Made by a program: the position numbers and the translations under genes | Notes under the pieces: model-generated | What the model was told of the DNA's origin: nothing | The model's database searches: none | The model's input: the letters and a program-made list of their open reading frames with translations, nothing else | In this document: in pieces, positions 35,825-44,951 of the stretch | How the letters are laid out: every line of letters begins with the position of its first letter | Position numbering within the stretch: position 1 is the stretch's first letter | NCBI GenBank assembly: GCA_035696925.1 | Contig: DASSDW010000078.1 | Coordinates: 1 to 56,761, forward strand | Origin: Actinomycetota bacterium | GTDB lineage: Bacteria > Actinomycetota > UBA4738 > HRBIN12 | DNA length: 56,761 nt | Direction: 5' to 3'

Positions 35825-37099
35825 TTGCTCGACATCAGGCGGATCAGGGAGGATCCCGATCCGTTCCGGGCCGCCCTCGCGAGGCGGAACCTCGGTGATG
35901 CCGTGGATCGGCTGCTCGAGGCGGACGAACGGCGCCGATCGCTCACGTCACGTGTCGAGGACCTGCGAGCGGCGCAGAACCGTGCGTCGAAAGCGATCGG
36001 CGCCGCCCAAGGTGAGGAGAAGCAGCAGCTGATCGACGAGGTGGCGAAGGTCTCCGCAGAGCTCAAGGAACTGGACCCGGAGCTCGCCACGGCCGAGGAT
36101 GACCTCCGTTCCCTCTTGGCCGAGACCCCCAACATCCCGCACGAGAGCGCCCCCGACGGGTTCACGGACGAGGACGCGGTCGAGGTCAGACGCAATCACG
36201 AGGAACCACCGGTCCTCGGGTTCGAGCCTCGCGATCACGCGGAGCTCGGCGCGATGCTCGGCGTGCTCGATACCGAGCGCGGCGCCCGGACGTCCGGCTC
36301 CCGGTTCGTCTACCTGATGGGAGATCTCGTCTTCGTCCAGTTCGCGCTGATGCGCCACGCGATGGACGTCGTCGTCGAGAAGGGGTTCTCGCCGATGATC
36401 CCGCCGGTCCTCGTCCGCGAGGAGGCGATGTACGGCACCGGGTTCCTGCCGACGGACGCCGTGAACATCTACATGACGCGCGACGACGAGCTCTACCTCG
36501 CGGGCACGTCGGAGGTGCCGCTTGCAGCGTTCCACCTCGGCGAGATCCTCGACGAGGAGGAGCTCCCGATCCGCTACGCGGGCTACTCAACCTGCTACCG
36601 GCGCGAGGCGGGTTCGTACGGCAAGGACCTGGGGGGCATGTTCCGCGTCCACCAGTTCGACAAGGTCGAGATGTTCGCGTTCTGCACGCCCGAGACGTCG
36701 TGGGAGGAGCACGAGCGCATCCTCACGATCGAGGAGGAGATCCTGGGGAACCTGGAGATCCCGTACCGAGTGGTGAACGTGGCTGCGGGCGATCTCGGTG
36801 GATCCGCAGCCAAGAAGTACGACATCGAGGGCTGGCTGCCGGCGCAGCAGCGCTACCGCGAGCTCACCTCGTGCTCGAACACCACCGACTACCAGGCGCG
36901 CCGGATGCAGACGCGGCTCCGTCGGACGGGCGGGGACGTCGAGGTCGTCCACACCTTGAACGGCACCGCCACGGCGATCGGCCGCACGTTGATCGCGATC
37001 ATGGAGAACCACCAACGCGCCGATGGCAGCGTGGAGATCCCCGCGAAGCTGCATCCGTACCTGCCCGAGCGCGCACGCGTGCTGGCTCCTCGGTCCTGA
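35825..37099 (+). CDS. serS: Serine--tRNA ligase
   Basis: MLDIRRIRE..., class II motifs FRVHQFDKVEMF and TLNGTATAIGRTLIAIMEN. The TTG start directly abuts the bactofilin stop. Confidence 0.92.
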   Translation: MLDIRRIREDPDPFRAALARRNLGDAVDRLLEADERRRSLTSRVEDLRAAQNRASKAIGAAQGEEKQQLIDEVAKVSAELKELDPELATAEDDLRSLLAETPNIPHESAPDGFTDEDAVEVRRNHEEPPVLGFEPRDHAELGAMLGVLDTERGARTSGSRFVYLMGDLVFVQFALMRHAMDVVVEKGFSPMIPPVLVREEAMYGTGFLPTDAVNIYMTRDDELYLAGTSEVPLAAFHLGEILDEEELPIRYAGYSTCYRREAGSYGKDLGGMFRVHQFDKVEMFAFCTPETSWEEHERILTIEEEILGNLEIPYRVVNVAAGDLGGSAAKKYDIEGWLPAQQRYRELTSCSNTTDYQARRMQTRLRRTGGDVEVVHTLNGTATAIGRTLIAIMENHQRADGSVEIPAKLHPYLPERARVLAPRS

Positions 37100-37119
37100 C
37101 CTCGGGCCTGAGGGAGTCT

Positions 37120-39300
37120 CTAGGGAGCTCGGTCGACCACGGCGTCGTTCGCCGCGACGCCCTCGTCCGCTCCGGCCTCCGCCCGGTACGCGGTGACGTC
37201 GATCGCGATGCCGTGCCAGAGCTCGGGGGTCACGCCGGGAGCCGAGGTGCGCCGTCCGAACGAGTGGAGCCAGCGGATCTCGCCGTCGCGCCGCAGGATC
37301 CGATACGTGTCGTCCCAGACGCCCGTTTCATCGGAGCGCTGAACGGACCCATGGACCCGGGGACGATCGTCCGGATGCACCATCCGGGGGAAGTGCTTCG
37401 GCTCGTCCATGAGCTCCTCGGGCGTGTATCCGAGGACGTCGAAGACCTGAGACCCGATGTACGTGTACCTCTCGAACCCCGTGTCGGGGTGGATCGTCTC
37501 GGACCACGGGATCGCGAGCGCTCCCTCGAGCGCCTCGCGCTGAGCTCCCGCGGTCGCCTCGACCTGCGCTCTGGCCGCTTCATCGGTGGTCACGTCGAGG
37601 AGGATGCCCTGGAAGGTCCACGGTCTCCCCTGCGCGTCCCGATCGAGGAGGCGGCCGGCGTCGAGGAGCCAGATCAGTGTGCCGTCGGAGCGGATCATGC
37701 GGTAGCGGACCACCCAAGGCTCGCCGGTCCGCCACGTGTGCGCCGTCGTCTGGGCGACATGTTCGCGATCGTCCGGATGGATCATCCCGAACCAGACCTC
37801 GGGCTCATGGAGCCAATGCTCGATCGGGTAGTGGACGAGCTCCGCGGCCTGCGGGCTGACGTACGAGACATGGACTGAGGGTTCGGACCCCTCGGCGTAG
37901 GAGAGCTCGTAGGAGTACGCCACGACCGGGCCGCGTTCCGTGAGCGTCCGGTAGCGATCCTCCGCGGCCGCCGCCTTGGATTCGGCGTCCATGCGACTCG
38001 TGACGTCCAGCATCATGCCCTGGAAGGAAGCCGGGTCACCGGCGTCGGATCGCGTGATCAGCGACGCGTGGTCCAGGACCCAGACGACACTCCCGTCCTT
38101 CGCGAGGTAGCGGTACTCCATGACGAAGGCCTCACCGGTCCGCACGCTCCGGTCGACGGCCTCGGCGACGCGCGCTTGATCGTGCGGGTGGACGCGCGCG
38201 GACGCGTGCCATTCCTCGGGTGAGAATCCGAGGATGTCTTCGATCCGAGGGCTCACGTACGCGAAAGTTCGCTCCTCGACGCCGGGGCGGACGTCCCAGA
38301 CGTACGCGATGCCGGGCATGTGCTCGACCAGCCGGCGGTACCGTTCCTCGACGTCGCGGAGCTCGGCCTCCATCCGCCGGCGCTCTCCGATCTCGAGCGC
38401 CATCAGCTCGTTGGCTTCCTGCAGCTCGATGGTGCGCTCCGCGACGCGCCGCTCGAGGTCCTCCTTATGGAGGAGGAGCATCTCCTTCGCATCGTGCTCC
38501 GCGGTGATGTCGATCATCACGCCGTGCCAGGCAGCCACGCCGCGCTCGAGACCGCGGATCAAGCTCGCGCGGTCGTGGACCCAGACGACCCTCCCGTCGC
38601 TCGCGATCAACCGGTACTCCAGGTCCCACGGCTCACCCGTCTCGTTGTGGCGGTCGTGCTTCGCGAGGACGACCTCACGGTCGTCCGCGTGGAGGAGCTC
38701 GATCCAGATGTCGGGCTGGTCGAGCCATTCCTCGCGCGAGTACCCGAGCACCTGTTCGACGTGCGGGCTCACGAACAGCGTCTGGCGTTCGTCGTCGGGG
38801 TCCATCTCGTAGACGACCGCCGGCACCCGCTCGACGAGCGCTCGATAGCGAGCCTCGGATGCGCGGATCTCCTGCTCGGCTCGCCGCTCCGTCGTGATGT
38901 CCTCGATCACGCCCTGCCACGCGAGACGCTGACCCTCCTCGCTGAGGACGAGCACGCTCGAGTCCCGGAGCCACACCTCCTCGCCGTCGCGGCGGAACAT
39001 CCGGTACTCCGACCGGTAGCGCGCGCCACTCGACCAGACCTCGTCGCGGAGCGCTTGGATCCGCTGCCGGTCGTCCGGGTGCATGCAGCGGATCCAGAGG
39101 CCCGGATCCTCCAGGAACCGCTGCGGCGGGAACCCCAGGAGTTGTTCGACGTTGGGGCTGACGTAGGTCGTCGACGGACGCTGGTCGTCGGTATCCACGT
39201 AGACGACGACGGGGAGCTGCTCGACGAGCTCACGGACCCGGGATCCCGACGCGAACGGATCGAGGCGCTCGGAGGCGTGGGAATGCGGGTGGCCCGGCAT
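37120..39300 (-). CDS. Five tandem PAS domains, no recognisable output domain
   Basis: Five repeats each end in a G-h-x-x-D-(I/V)-T motif: GVIEDIT, GVMIDIT, GMMLDVT, GILLDVT, GIAIDVT. There is a coiled-coil linker after PAS2. I prefer the start MPGHPHS at 39300; 39426 remains possible. Confidence 0.8.
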   Translation of the reverse strand: MPGHPHSHASERLDPFASGSRVRELVEQLPVVVYVDTDDQRPSTTYVSPNVEQLLGFPPQRFLEDPGLWIRCMHPDDRQRIQALRDEVWSSGARYRSEYRMFRRDGEEVWLRDSSVLVLSEEGQRLAWQGVIEDITTERRAEQEIRASEARYRALVERVPAVVYEMDPDDERQTLFVSPHVEQVLGYSREEWLDQPDIWIELLHADDREVVLAKHDRHNETGEPWDLEYRLIASDGRVVWVHDRASLIRGLERGVAAWHGVMIDITAEHDAKEMLLLHKEDLERRVAERTIELQEANELMALEIGERRRMEAELRDVEERYRRLVEHMPGIAYVWDVRPGVEERTFAYVSPRIEDILGFSPEEWHASARVHPHDQARVAEAVDRSVRTGEAFVMEYRYLAKDGSVVWVLDHASLITRSDAGDPASFQGMMLDVTSRMDAESKAAAAEDRYRTLTERGPVVAYSYELSYAEGSEPSVHVSYVSPQAAELVHYPIEHWLHEPEVWFGMIHPDDREHVAQTTAHTWRTGEPWVVRYRMIRSDGTLIWLLDAGRLLDRDAQGRPWTFQGILLDVTTDEAARAQVEATAGAQREALEGALAIPWSETIHPDTGFERYTYIGSQVFDVLGYTPEELMDEPKHFPRMVHPDDRPRVHGSVQRSDETGVWDDTYRILRRDGEIRWLHSFGRRTSAPGVTPELWHGIAIDVTAYRAEAGADEGVAANDAVVDRAP

Positions 39301-39370
39301 CGAGCCAGCGTACCCCGACCGGCATCTCCCACTCCATGGCTGGCATAGGCTCCCGGCCGGGAGGGATGAC

Positions 39371-39616
39371 GTGGGCACTGCTTGCTCGCCCGGTGTGTAC
39401 ATCGGAGCTGCAGGGCTCGCACTCACCGGTGTCGCCGTGATCGCCTACTTGGTGGGCGGCGAGAGGTCGCGAACCCGAACCAAGCTCATCCTCCTGGGCG
39501 GCGCGGGTCTCCTCAGCGTGGTTCTCATCGTGATAGGAGTCGAGCTGAAGCTCAGAGAGGAACATGACGTCGTGAAGAGCGCTACGGGCACGGAAGTCGT
39601 GTGCCATCACGGGTAG
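39371..39616 (+). CDS. Hypothetical 81-aa two-TM protein
   Basis: GGGAGGG lies 5 nt upstream of GTG 39371. Two hydrophobic helices. Confidence 0.45.
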   Translation: MGTACSPGVYIGAAGLALTGVAVIAYLVGGERSRTRTKLILLGGAGLLSVVLIVIGVELKLREEHDVVKSATGTEVVCHHG

Positions 39617-39693
39617 GGCCACCGCGGGGGAGGCAGCTGGACCTGGCCAGCCGGCTGCCCGATATCCCCGGTTGAGAGCGGCCTCGCGTCAGG

Positions 39694-40293
39694 TCAGAAC
39701 GGCGGCCCGCCACTACCGGAACGACCGATCAACCAGTCCACGAAGGGGTCGTCCTCTTCGTGTTCCCCCGATGACCGCCACGCTTGCGCCAGGAACAGCG
39801 CCGCGAGGAAGGCGACGTTGAACGCAAGCAGTGTCTGGACCCAGAAGTCCTCGAACCCCCGGAAGCACGGATAACAGGCCGCCTCCGCGTGGATCCGGAG
39901 GATCAGCAACGTCCCGACGATAACGGTGCCGAATGCCAGAGCCAGCGCCTCGGGGAATCGACCCAGCGGGGTGTGGCTTCCGGAGGCAAGCCCTACGAGA
40001 CCGAACCCAACCAGGCCGACGCTCCCCAGGATGAGTGCGCCGTGCACGAGGGTTTCGAGGTGGTCGCCTCCGTAGAACCCCTTCAGGAGGAAAGCCAGGA
40101 AGGAGAGAACCGAGGAGCCGACTAGAGCTGCCCCGGCCGCGCGTGCCCCACCGACGAGAAGGACCACTCCCACGAGCAGACTGCCAAACACCCACTCAAC
40201 CAGGAGGTGCTGAGGAGTGCGAAGGGTCCAGAGATGTGCGACCCAGCTTCCGGCGGCGGCGACCAGCGCGAGGCCAACCCCAACCCGCCACAC
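39694..40293 (-). CDS. Hypothetical polytopic membrane protein
   Basis: ORF track; 5-6 hydrophobic segments and an acidic C-terminal tail; no motif recognised. Confidence 0.55.
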   Translation of the reverse strand: MWRVGVGLALVAAAGSWVAHLWTLRTPQHLLVEWVFGSLLVGVVLLVGGARAAGAALVGSSVLSFLAFLLKGFYGGDHLETLVHGALILGSVGLVGFGLVGLASGSHTPLGRFPEALALAFGTVIVGTLLILRIHAEAACYPCFRGFEDFWVQTLLAFNVAFLAALFLAQAWRSSGEHEEDDPFVDWLIGRSGSGGPPF

Positions 40294-40629
40294 TTCGTCA
40301 CCGGGCTCCGACGGCGGCGGATCGCCGGGTGTCCATCGGGGAGTCCATCACTCGGATGGAAGCACGCGCACGCATCCCTGGGCAACGGCCGCTACAGAAC
40401 CGTCACGAGCGTCTGAGGCCAGCCGTACAGCTCGCAGATCTAGTGTCCCCCAGTTCGGCCACCCCATGCTCTTCCGCCGTGTGGGCAAGCCACGCTGAAC
40501 CTTTGGCACGTAAACAGACGTTTGCTCGCTATCGAGGCGGTGTTCGGACGCTAGCTGTAGGCAGGTTGGCGGCAACAGAGCGCCCTCGGTCGTCTAGCTG
40601 GGGCGTTTCCCGCGGGTAGCCTGTGCCGC

Positions 40630-40719
40630 GGGAGGATGGCCGAGCGGACGAAGGCGACGGTCTTGAAAACCGTTAGCGGGGCAACTCGCTCGTGGGTTCG
40701 AATCCCACTCCTCCCGCCA
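40630..40719 (+). tRNA. tRNA-Ser (anticodon TGA), CCA encoded
   Basis: Acceptor GGGAGGA/TCCTCCC, D-arm GCCGAGCGGACGAAGGC, anticodon stem ACGGT/ACCGT with loop CTTGAAA (TGA at 40664-40666), a long variable arm, and T-arm GTGGGTTCGAATCCCAC. Confidence 0.9.
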
Positions 40720-40806
40720 AGGTCATCTGTGTCTCACCACTCCGGGCAGTAGGAAGGGCGCATGCGGCCAACGCCGACAGGTCTCCCCCTCTCCTGGTTC
40801 GATCAC

Positions 40807-42684
40807 CTACGAGTATGCCCAGGCGTCCTTCACGTGGCTTCCAGGCGGGAGGGCTTCGTCTGGGAGCGAGCCGGCTGCGCGCCGCCGTCTCGACGCCGCG
40901 AGCGCGAGTCCGCCGAGGGAGGCCAGCATCCCAGCGGCTGCGACCCACGGCAGGAGCGTGAGACCGGTGAGCGCCAGGATCCTGATGATCGAGGCGACCG
41001 ACTCGACGAGGGAGTCGATCCCGTCGGCACTCCCCGTCAACGCGCAGTTCAGGCTCGAAGCATCCTCGCAGGCGGCCACAGGCTCGTTCCCTGGGAACCT
41101 CTCGCCCTCGGTCTGGCCTCGGTTCGCGCTGAGGAACCGCTGGTCCCGCGTCGGCGAACTGCCTCCCTGGATCCTCTGGAGGCTCGCCGCGTCGAGATCG
41201 GACACGACGGTCGCCGTCGCCTCGTTCAGGATGATCGTCGGATCGGCGGATGAGCCATCGCCGGTGACCGCCGCGATCACGGCGGATGCCGCCTCCGAAA
41301 TGGTCGTCACTGCGTCGGAGGTTCCGTCGGGTCGGGTTCCCACCGTGTCGGTCGTGATCTCCGATGCCTTCCCGACGACCTGATCGGTCGTGCCGAAGAT
41401 CTCGGTCACGGTGTCGATCGTCGCATCGACGGTCGTCGTGGTGGAGTCCACGACGGTGTGAGCGGTCAGGTCGGCGAACACCAGCACTTCTTCGACCGCG
41501 GTCATGATCCCCGACGATGCCTCGGACACCGTGGTGGTGACGTCGGCCGTGATCGACGTCGTGTCCGTCAACGTCTCGAGGGATGCCACGTTGGCTACGG
41601 TGGCCGACGCCTCCGTTGCCACGGTCTCGAACGTCGCCCATGTCGCGTCCACGGCAGCGTCGACGACCGCCGCGGACGGCTCGACAGCGATCGCGGATGC
41701 TTCCCTGACTGCGGTCTGGGTGATCGCCTGCGTACCGATCGTCGCCTCTGCCGCTACGTCGGTGATCATCCCCGCGGTTTCAGCGATCGTCTCCGCGACG
41801 GCTGCTGCCGTGTCGGATCCCATCGCGCCGGCGGCTGCGATGTCGGTGGAGATCTCAGCTGTCGGGTCGGAGGCTGGACCGACCGCCGTGTCGGCGACCG
41901 TGGTCAGGTTCTCGACCATCGACACCGCATCCACCATCGCGTCGCCGACGGCTGCAGCAACCTCCGACGTCGTATCGGAGATCGCTTCGGTCGAGGCATC
42001 CGCGACCATCGCAGCCACGTCGGTGGTGATCTCGGATGCTGCGACGGTCGCGGCTGAGGACGACTGCTCGGCCGATCCGCCCGCCGGGATCGTGACGGAT
42101 GTCGCATCGGCCGCGGCATCTGAGCTGACTGCGACCGTGTCAGAAGTCGTTTCGGCCCGACTGTCGAGGGTAGCCGCGATGGAGTCGATCGCAGCATCCG
42201 TATCGGTTGCCGCACCTGTCGAGGTCACCGCGTCGGCAGTGGACGTCGCGACCGGTTGGGGTGCTTCTGCCGGAGCGTCGGACGTCCCAGAGGCGGTTTC
42301 CGCTGCGCCGACCGAGGCTTCGGATACCGCATCAGAAACGGCGTCGGTTCCGGCGCCTTCCGGGACGTCGGGAGCCACGACGATCGGTTCCGTGGCTGCC
42401 GCGTCTGTGCTTGTCGCATCGGGTGTTTGCACTGCGTCATCCGCCGTGACTTCGATGGCGTCACCTGATGTCTCCTGGACCGGGTCGGCGACGTCGGAGG
42501 TGGTCACCACTTCGTCGACGACGGCGATCGCATCGGCGGTCGTTGCGTCGGCGGTCGTGGGAACGGCGTTGAGAGGAGGCGTATCCGCGAAGGCTATTTG
42601 GGCGGACGACCCGAGCAACGTGATCGCGGAAACGAGACACCAGATCGCGAGGCCGCTCCCTCGCCCGGTCCACCGTCGAGACAT
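40807..42684 (-). CDS. Secreted, highly acidic Ala/Thr/Asp/Ser/Val-rich low-complexity protein with an LAxTG-like C-terminal sorting signal
   Basis: GGAGGG lies 5 nt upstream of ATG 42684. Signal peptide MSRRWTGRGSGLAIWCLVSAITLLGSSAQIAFA. The C-terminus has LALTG (40963-40977), 23 hydrophobic residues and SRRRR. Confidence 0.7.
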   Translation of the reverse strand: MSRRWTGRGSGLAIWCLVSAITLLGSSAQIAFADTPPLNAVPTTADATTADAIAVVDEVVTTSDVADPVQETSGDAIEVTADDAVQTPDATSTDAAATEPIVVAPDVPEGAGTDAVSDAVSEASVGAAETASGTSDAPAEAPQPVATSTADAVTSTGAATDTDAAIDSIAATLDSRAETTSDTVAVSSDAAADATSVTIPAGGSAEQSSSAATVAASEITTDVAAMVADASTEAISDTTSEVAAAVGDAMVDAVSMVENLTTVADTAVGPASDPTAEISTDIAAAGAMGSDTAAAVAETIAETAGMITDVAAEATIGTQAITQTAVREASAIAVEPSAAVVDAAVDATWATFETVATEASATVANVASLETLTDTTSITADVTTTVSEASSGIMTAVEEVLVFADLTAHTVVDSTTTTVDATIDTVTEIFGTTDQVVGKASEITTDTVGTRPDGTSDAVTTISEAASAVIAAVTGDGSSADPTIILNEATATVVSDLDAASLQRIQGGSSPTRDQRFLSANRGQTEGERFPGNEPVAACEDASSLNCALTGSADGIDSLVESVASIIRILALTGLTLLPWVAAAGMLASLGGLALAASRRRRAAGSLPDEALPPGSHVKDAWAYS

Positions 42685-42794
42685 GTGATCCCTCCTCAGC
42701 CGACGCCTGTTGCCTTCGTTCGCATACCCGGTGGGTGGATATCTCATTCCGATGGGGTAGGGGAGATTCCCTACGTACTGTCGGCGTAGTGAGC

Positions 42795-43157
42795 CTACGG
42801 TTCGGAGTCCTCGTACGCGGCGGCGACGCGCTTGGGCACCACCATCCGCCACGCGTCGAGGACGATCTCGCGCATCTCGGCGACGTCAATCGCATCGAGC
42901 CGAACGACGACCCAGTGGTAGCGCAGGTCGGACCGGTCCGGCATCAGGAACCGCTCGGGCTCCGATCGCACGAGCGCTTCACGTTCCTCCTTCGGGAACG
43001 CGAACCCCATCGTCGTCTCGTCGCGAGAGAACGCCAGATAGACGATGCGGCCCACCCGGAACTTGATCCGATCCCGGACGAGCGCCTCGGTGGTGCGCGG
43101 CAACGTGAGCGCGAACGAGCGGACCTGGTCGACGGTCACCATCGGACCTGGGCTCAC
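42795..43157 (-). CDS. MmcQ/YjbR family protein
   Basis: Size (120 aa) and the pattern VRSFALTLPRTTE...FRVGRIVYLAF...MGFAFPKEEREALV are typical of YjbR-like proteins. Confidence 0.7.
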   Translation of the reverse strand: MSPGPMVTVDQVRSFALTLPRTTEALVRDRIKFRVGRIVYLAFSRDETTMGFAFPKEEREALVRSEPERFLMPDRSDLRYHWVVVRLDAIDVAEMREIVLDAWRMVVPKRVAAAYEDSEP

Positions 43158-43369
43158 GCCGGCTCGTGGGTCGCGATCGGGATGCCGGTGCTCGATATCC
43201 GCTCCTTCCTCCCATCTGCAGTCTCACGCTCTCCGGCCGATGTCGTCACGCGCCTTGACGCCGCCGCCGTTCGGCGAGGGATCCGTACTGGTTCCCGCAC
43301 GGGATCCGACTTTCCTCCTGCTCAACCCGCCAGCCGGGACGTCCGATGCTGCATCAGGGAGCTTGATGG

Positions 43370-44947
43370 ATGACTGCCGATGAAGCGGTGACCGAGCACA
43401 TCAAGCAGGAGGCCCGTGTGGCCGGCCTGCGCGACTTCCGGACGCCGTCGCTTGAGGCCGTCGAGAAGCGCAGACTGCAGCTCTGGATCCTGACCGCGGC
43501 CCTCCTGGTCGCGATCTCGCTCGGGCTCGTCTTCGTCTCGACCTGGCAGACGAGCGCCACGGAGGCGTTCGTGGCCACCCCGGTCATGCGGATCGCCGTC
43601 GTGCTGCTGAGCATCGCGTTCTGCATCTACGCGATCGACAAGGAGCGTCATCTCCGAAAGCTCTCCCGCCTCCTGATCGACGAGCGGGTCTTGACCACCG
43701 CCTTGTCGAACCGCCTGCGCGAGGTCGAGCTGCTGCTCGACGCCGGCAAGGCCATGAACGACGTGCTCGAGCTCTCCGTCGTCCTGGACACGATGCTCCG
43801 CAGCGCGGTGGAGCTCTTGGACAGCGACAGCGGCTCGGTGATGCTGATGGAAGGCGCGCATCTGGTGGTGGCGTGTTCCCACGGCAACGAACATGCGGAC
43901 GGCGGTAAGGTGCAGCTCGGCGAGGGCATCGCCGGGCACGTGGCTTCGACGCGGGAAGCGCTCCTCGTGCAGGGGAAGGCCGATCCTGGCGATTTCCCGG
44001 GGCTGGTGCCCCATTCGGTCCCCGTGTCGAGTGCGATCAGCGCGCCGCTGATCCATCGTGAGGAACTGCTCGGCGTTCTCAACGTGAACTCCACGGGAAA
44101 CCGGCTCTTCTCCGAGTTCGACCTTCGCGCGGTCTCTCTGTTCGCGGAGCAGGCAGCCGCGGCGATCGCGAACGCGCGTCTCTACGAGACGGAGCGCGCG
44201 CAGGTCGAGGAGCTGACGCACCTGAACCGCATGAAGAGCGAGTTCGTTGCGCTGGTGAGCCACGAGCTGCGCACCCCGATCGCCTCGATCATCGGCGCGG
44301 TGTCGTCCGCGCGGCAGCCCGAGCTCCAGGAGCATCGCGGTGAGCTCGAAGACATCGTGGAGCGAGCCGCGCTTCGACTCGGCACCATGGTCGAAGACCT
44401 GCTCGCCGCCGCGGAGCTGGAGCGCGGAGAAGCCGTCGACCGGCTCGAACCCGTGGACCTCGCAAAGGTCGTCCGCGAGGCAGCCGCCGACCACAGCGTC
44501 CTCGATCGCGACCTCCAGGTCGACGCCTCGCAGCCGGCGATCGCCGTCTGCGACAGGGAGTACCTGCGGCGGATCCTCGACAACCTCATCGACAACGCGT
44601 TCAAGTACGGCCGGCCTCCCGTGCGGATCGAGATCACCGGAGACTCCGGCCACGTCGGCTTCGCCGTCCTCGACTCCGGTCGAGGCGTGGCAGCTGAGGA
44701 TCGCGAGAAGGTCTTCAACCGTTTCGAGCGGCTCGACTCGATGAGCGGACATGGCCTCGGTCTCGGGCTGTCGGTCGTCCAAGGGCTCGTCGAAGCGATG
44801 GGTGGCGACGTACGGATCGAGGAGGCGCCCGGCGGGGGCGCCGCGTTCCGGATCCTGTTCCCCCGGCCGAAGCCATCGATGCTGGAGGACGCGCCCGTGG
44901 ACCCGGCGGCACCCACACCGCCCGTCCCATCCAGCTCCGTATCCTGA
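43370..44947 (+). CDS. Membrane sensor histidine kinase with a GAF domain
   Basis: Two TM helices, a GAF domain (GSVMLMEG...GEGIAGHVASTREALLV...SAISAPLI), H-box FVALVSHELRTPIASI, N-box DNLIDNAFKY and G-box GHGLGLGLS. AGGGAG lies 9 nt upstream of the ATG. Confidence 0.85.
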   Translation: MTADEAVTEHIKQEARVAGLRDFRTPSLEAVEKRRLQLWILTAALLVAISLGLVFVSTWQTSATEAFVATPVMRIAVVLLSIAFCIYAIDKERHLRKLSRLLIDERVLTTALSNRLREVELLLDAGKAMNDVLELSVVLDTMLRSAVELLDSDSGSVMLMEGAHLVVACSHGNEHADGGKVQLGEGIAGHVASTREALLVQGKADPGDFPGLVPHSVPVSSAISAPLIHREELLGVLNVNSTGNRLFSEFDLRAVSLFAEQAAAAIANARLYETERAQVEELTHLNRMKSEFVALVSHELRTPIASIIGAVSSARQPELQEHRGELEDIVERAALRLGTMVEDLLAAAELERGEAVDRLEPVDLAKVVREAAADHSVLDRDLQVDASQPAIAVCDREYLRRILDNLIDNAFKYGRPPVRIEITGDSGHVGFAVLDSGRGVAAEDREKVFNRFERLDSMSGHGLGLGLSVVQGLVEAMGGDVRIEEAPGGGAAFRILFPRPKPSMLEDAPVDPAAPTPPVPSSSVS

Positions 44948-44951
44948 GGGA

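Noticed and set aside
40294-40629. SRP RNA, RNase P RNA, tmRNA or 6S RNA in the gap before tRNA-Ser
   Set aside because: The conserved cores I can recall (GGAAGGAAGCAGC-type SRP domain IV, GAGGAAAGTCCGGGC of RNase P, the tmRNA tRNA-like end) are absent. The region is left as an unexplained non-coding stretch.
40673-41641. 322-aa minus-strand ORF
   Set aside because: Its 3' end overlaps tRNA-Ser. It is Arg/Gly/Asp-rich and is a frame-shifted shadow of the surface-protein gene.
41504-42688. 394-aa plus-strand Ala/Ser/Thr/Val-rich ORF mirroring the acidic surface protein
   Set aside because: It has no SD, no signal peptide and no anchor, and it ends in an Arg/Pro-rich stretch. The minus-strand frame has all three. 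I kept the six-frame openness as an observation but did not call this ORF a gene.
40630-43157. Possible genomic island integrated at tRNA-Ser
   Set aside because: There is no integrase, recombinase or phage gene. I found no second copy of the tRNA 3' end (att-like direct repeat) downstream. Only two genes follow before core heme genes begin.
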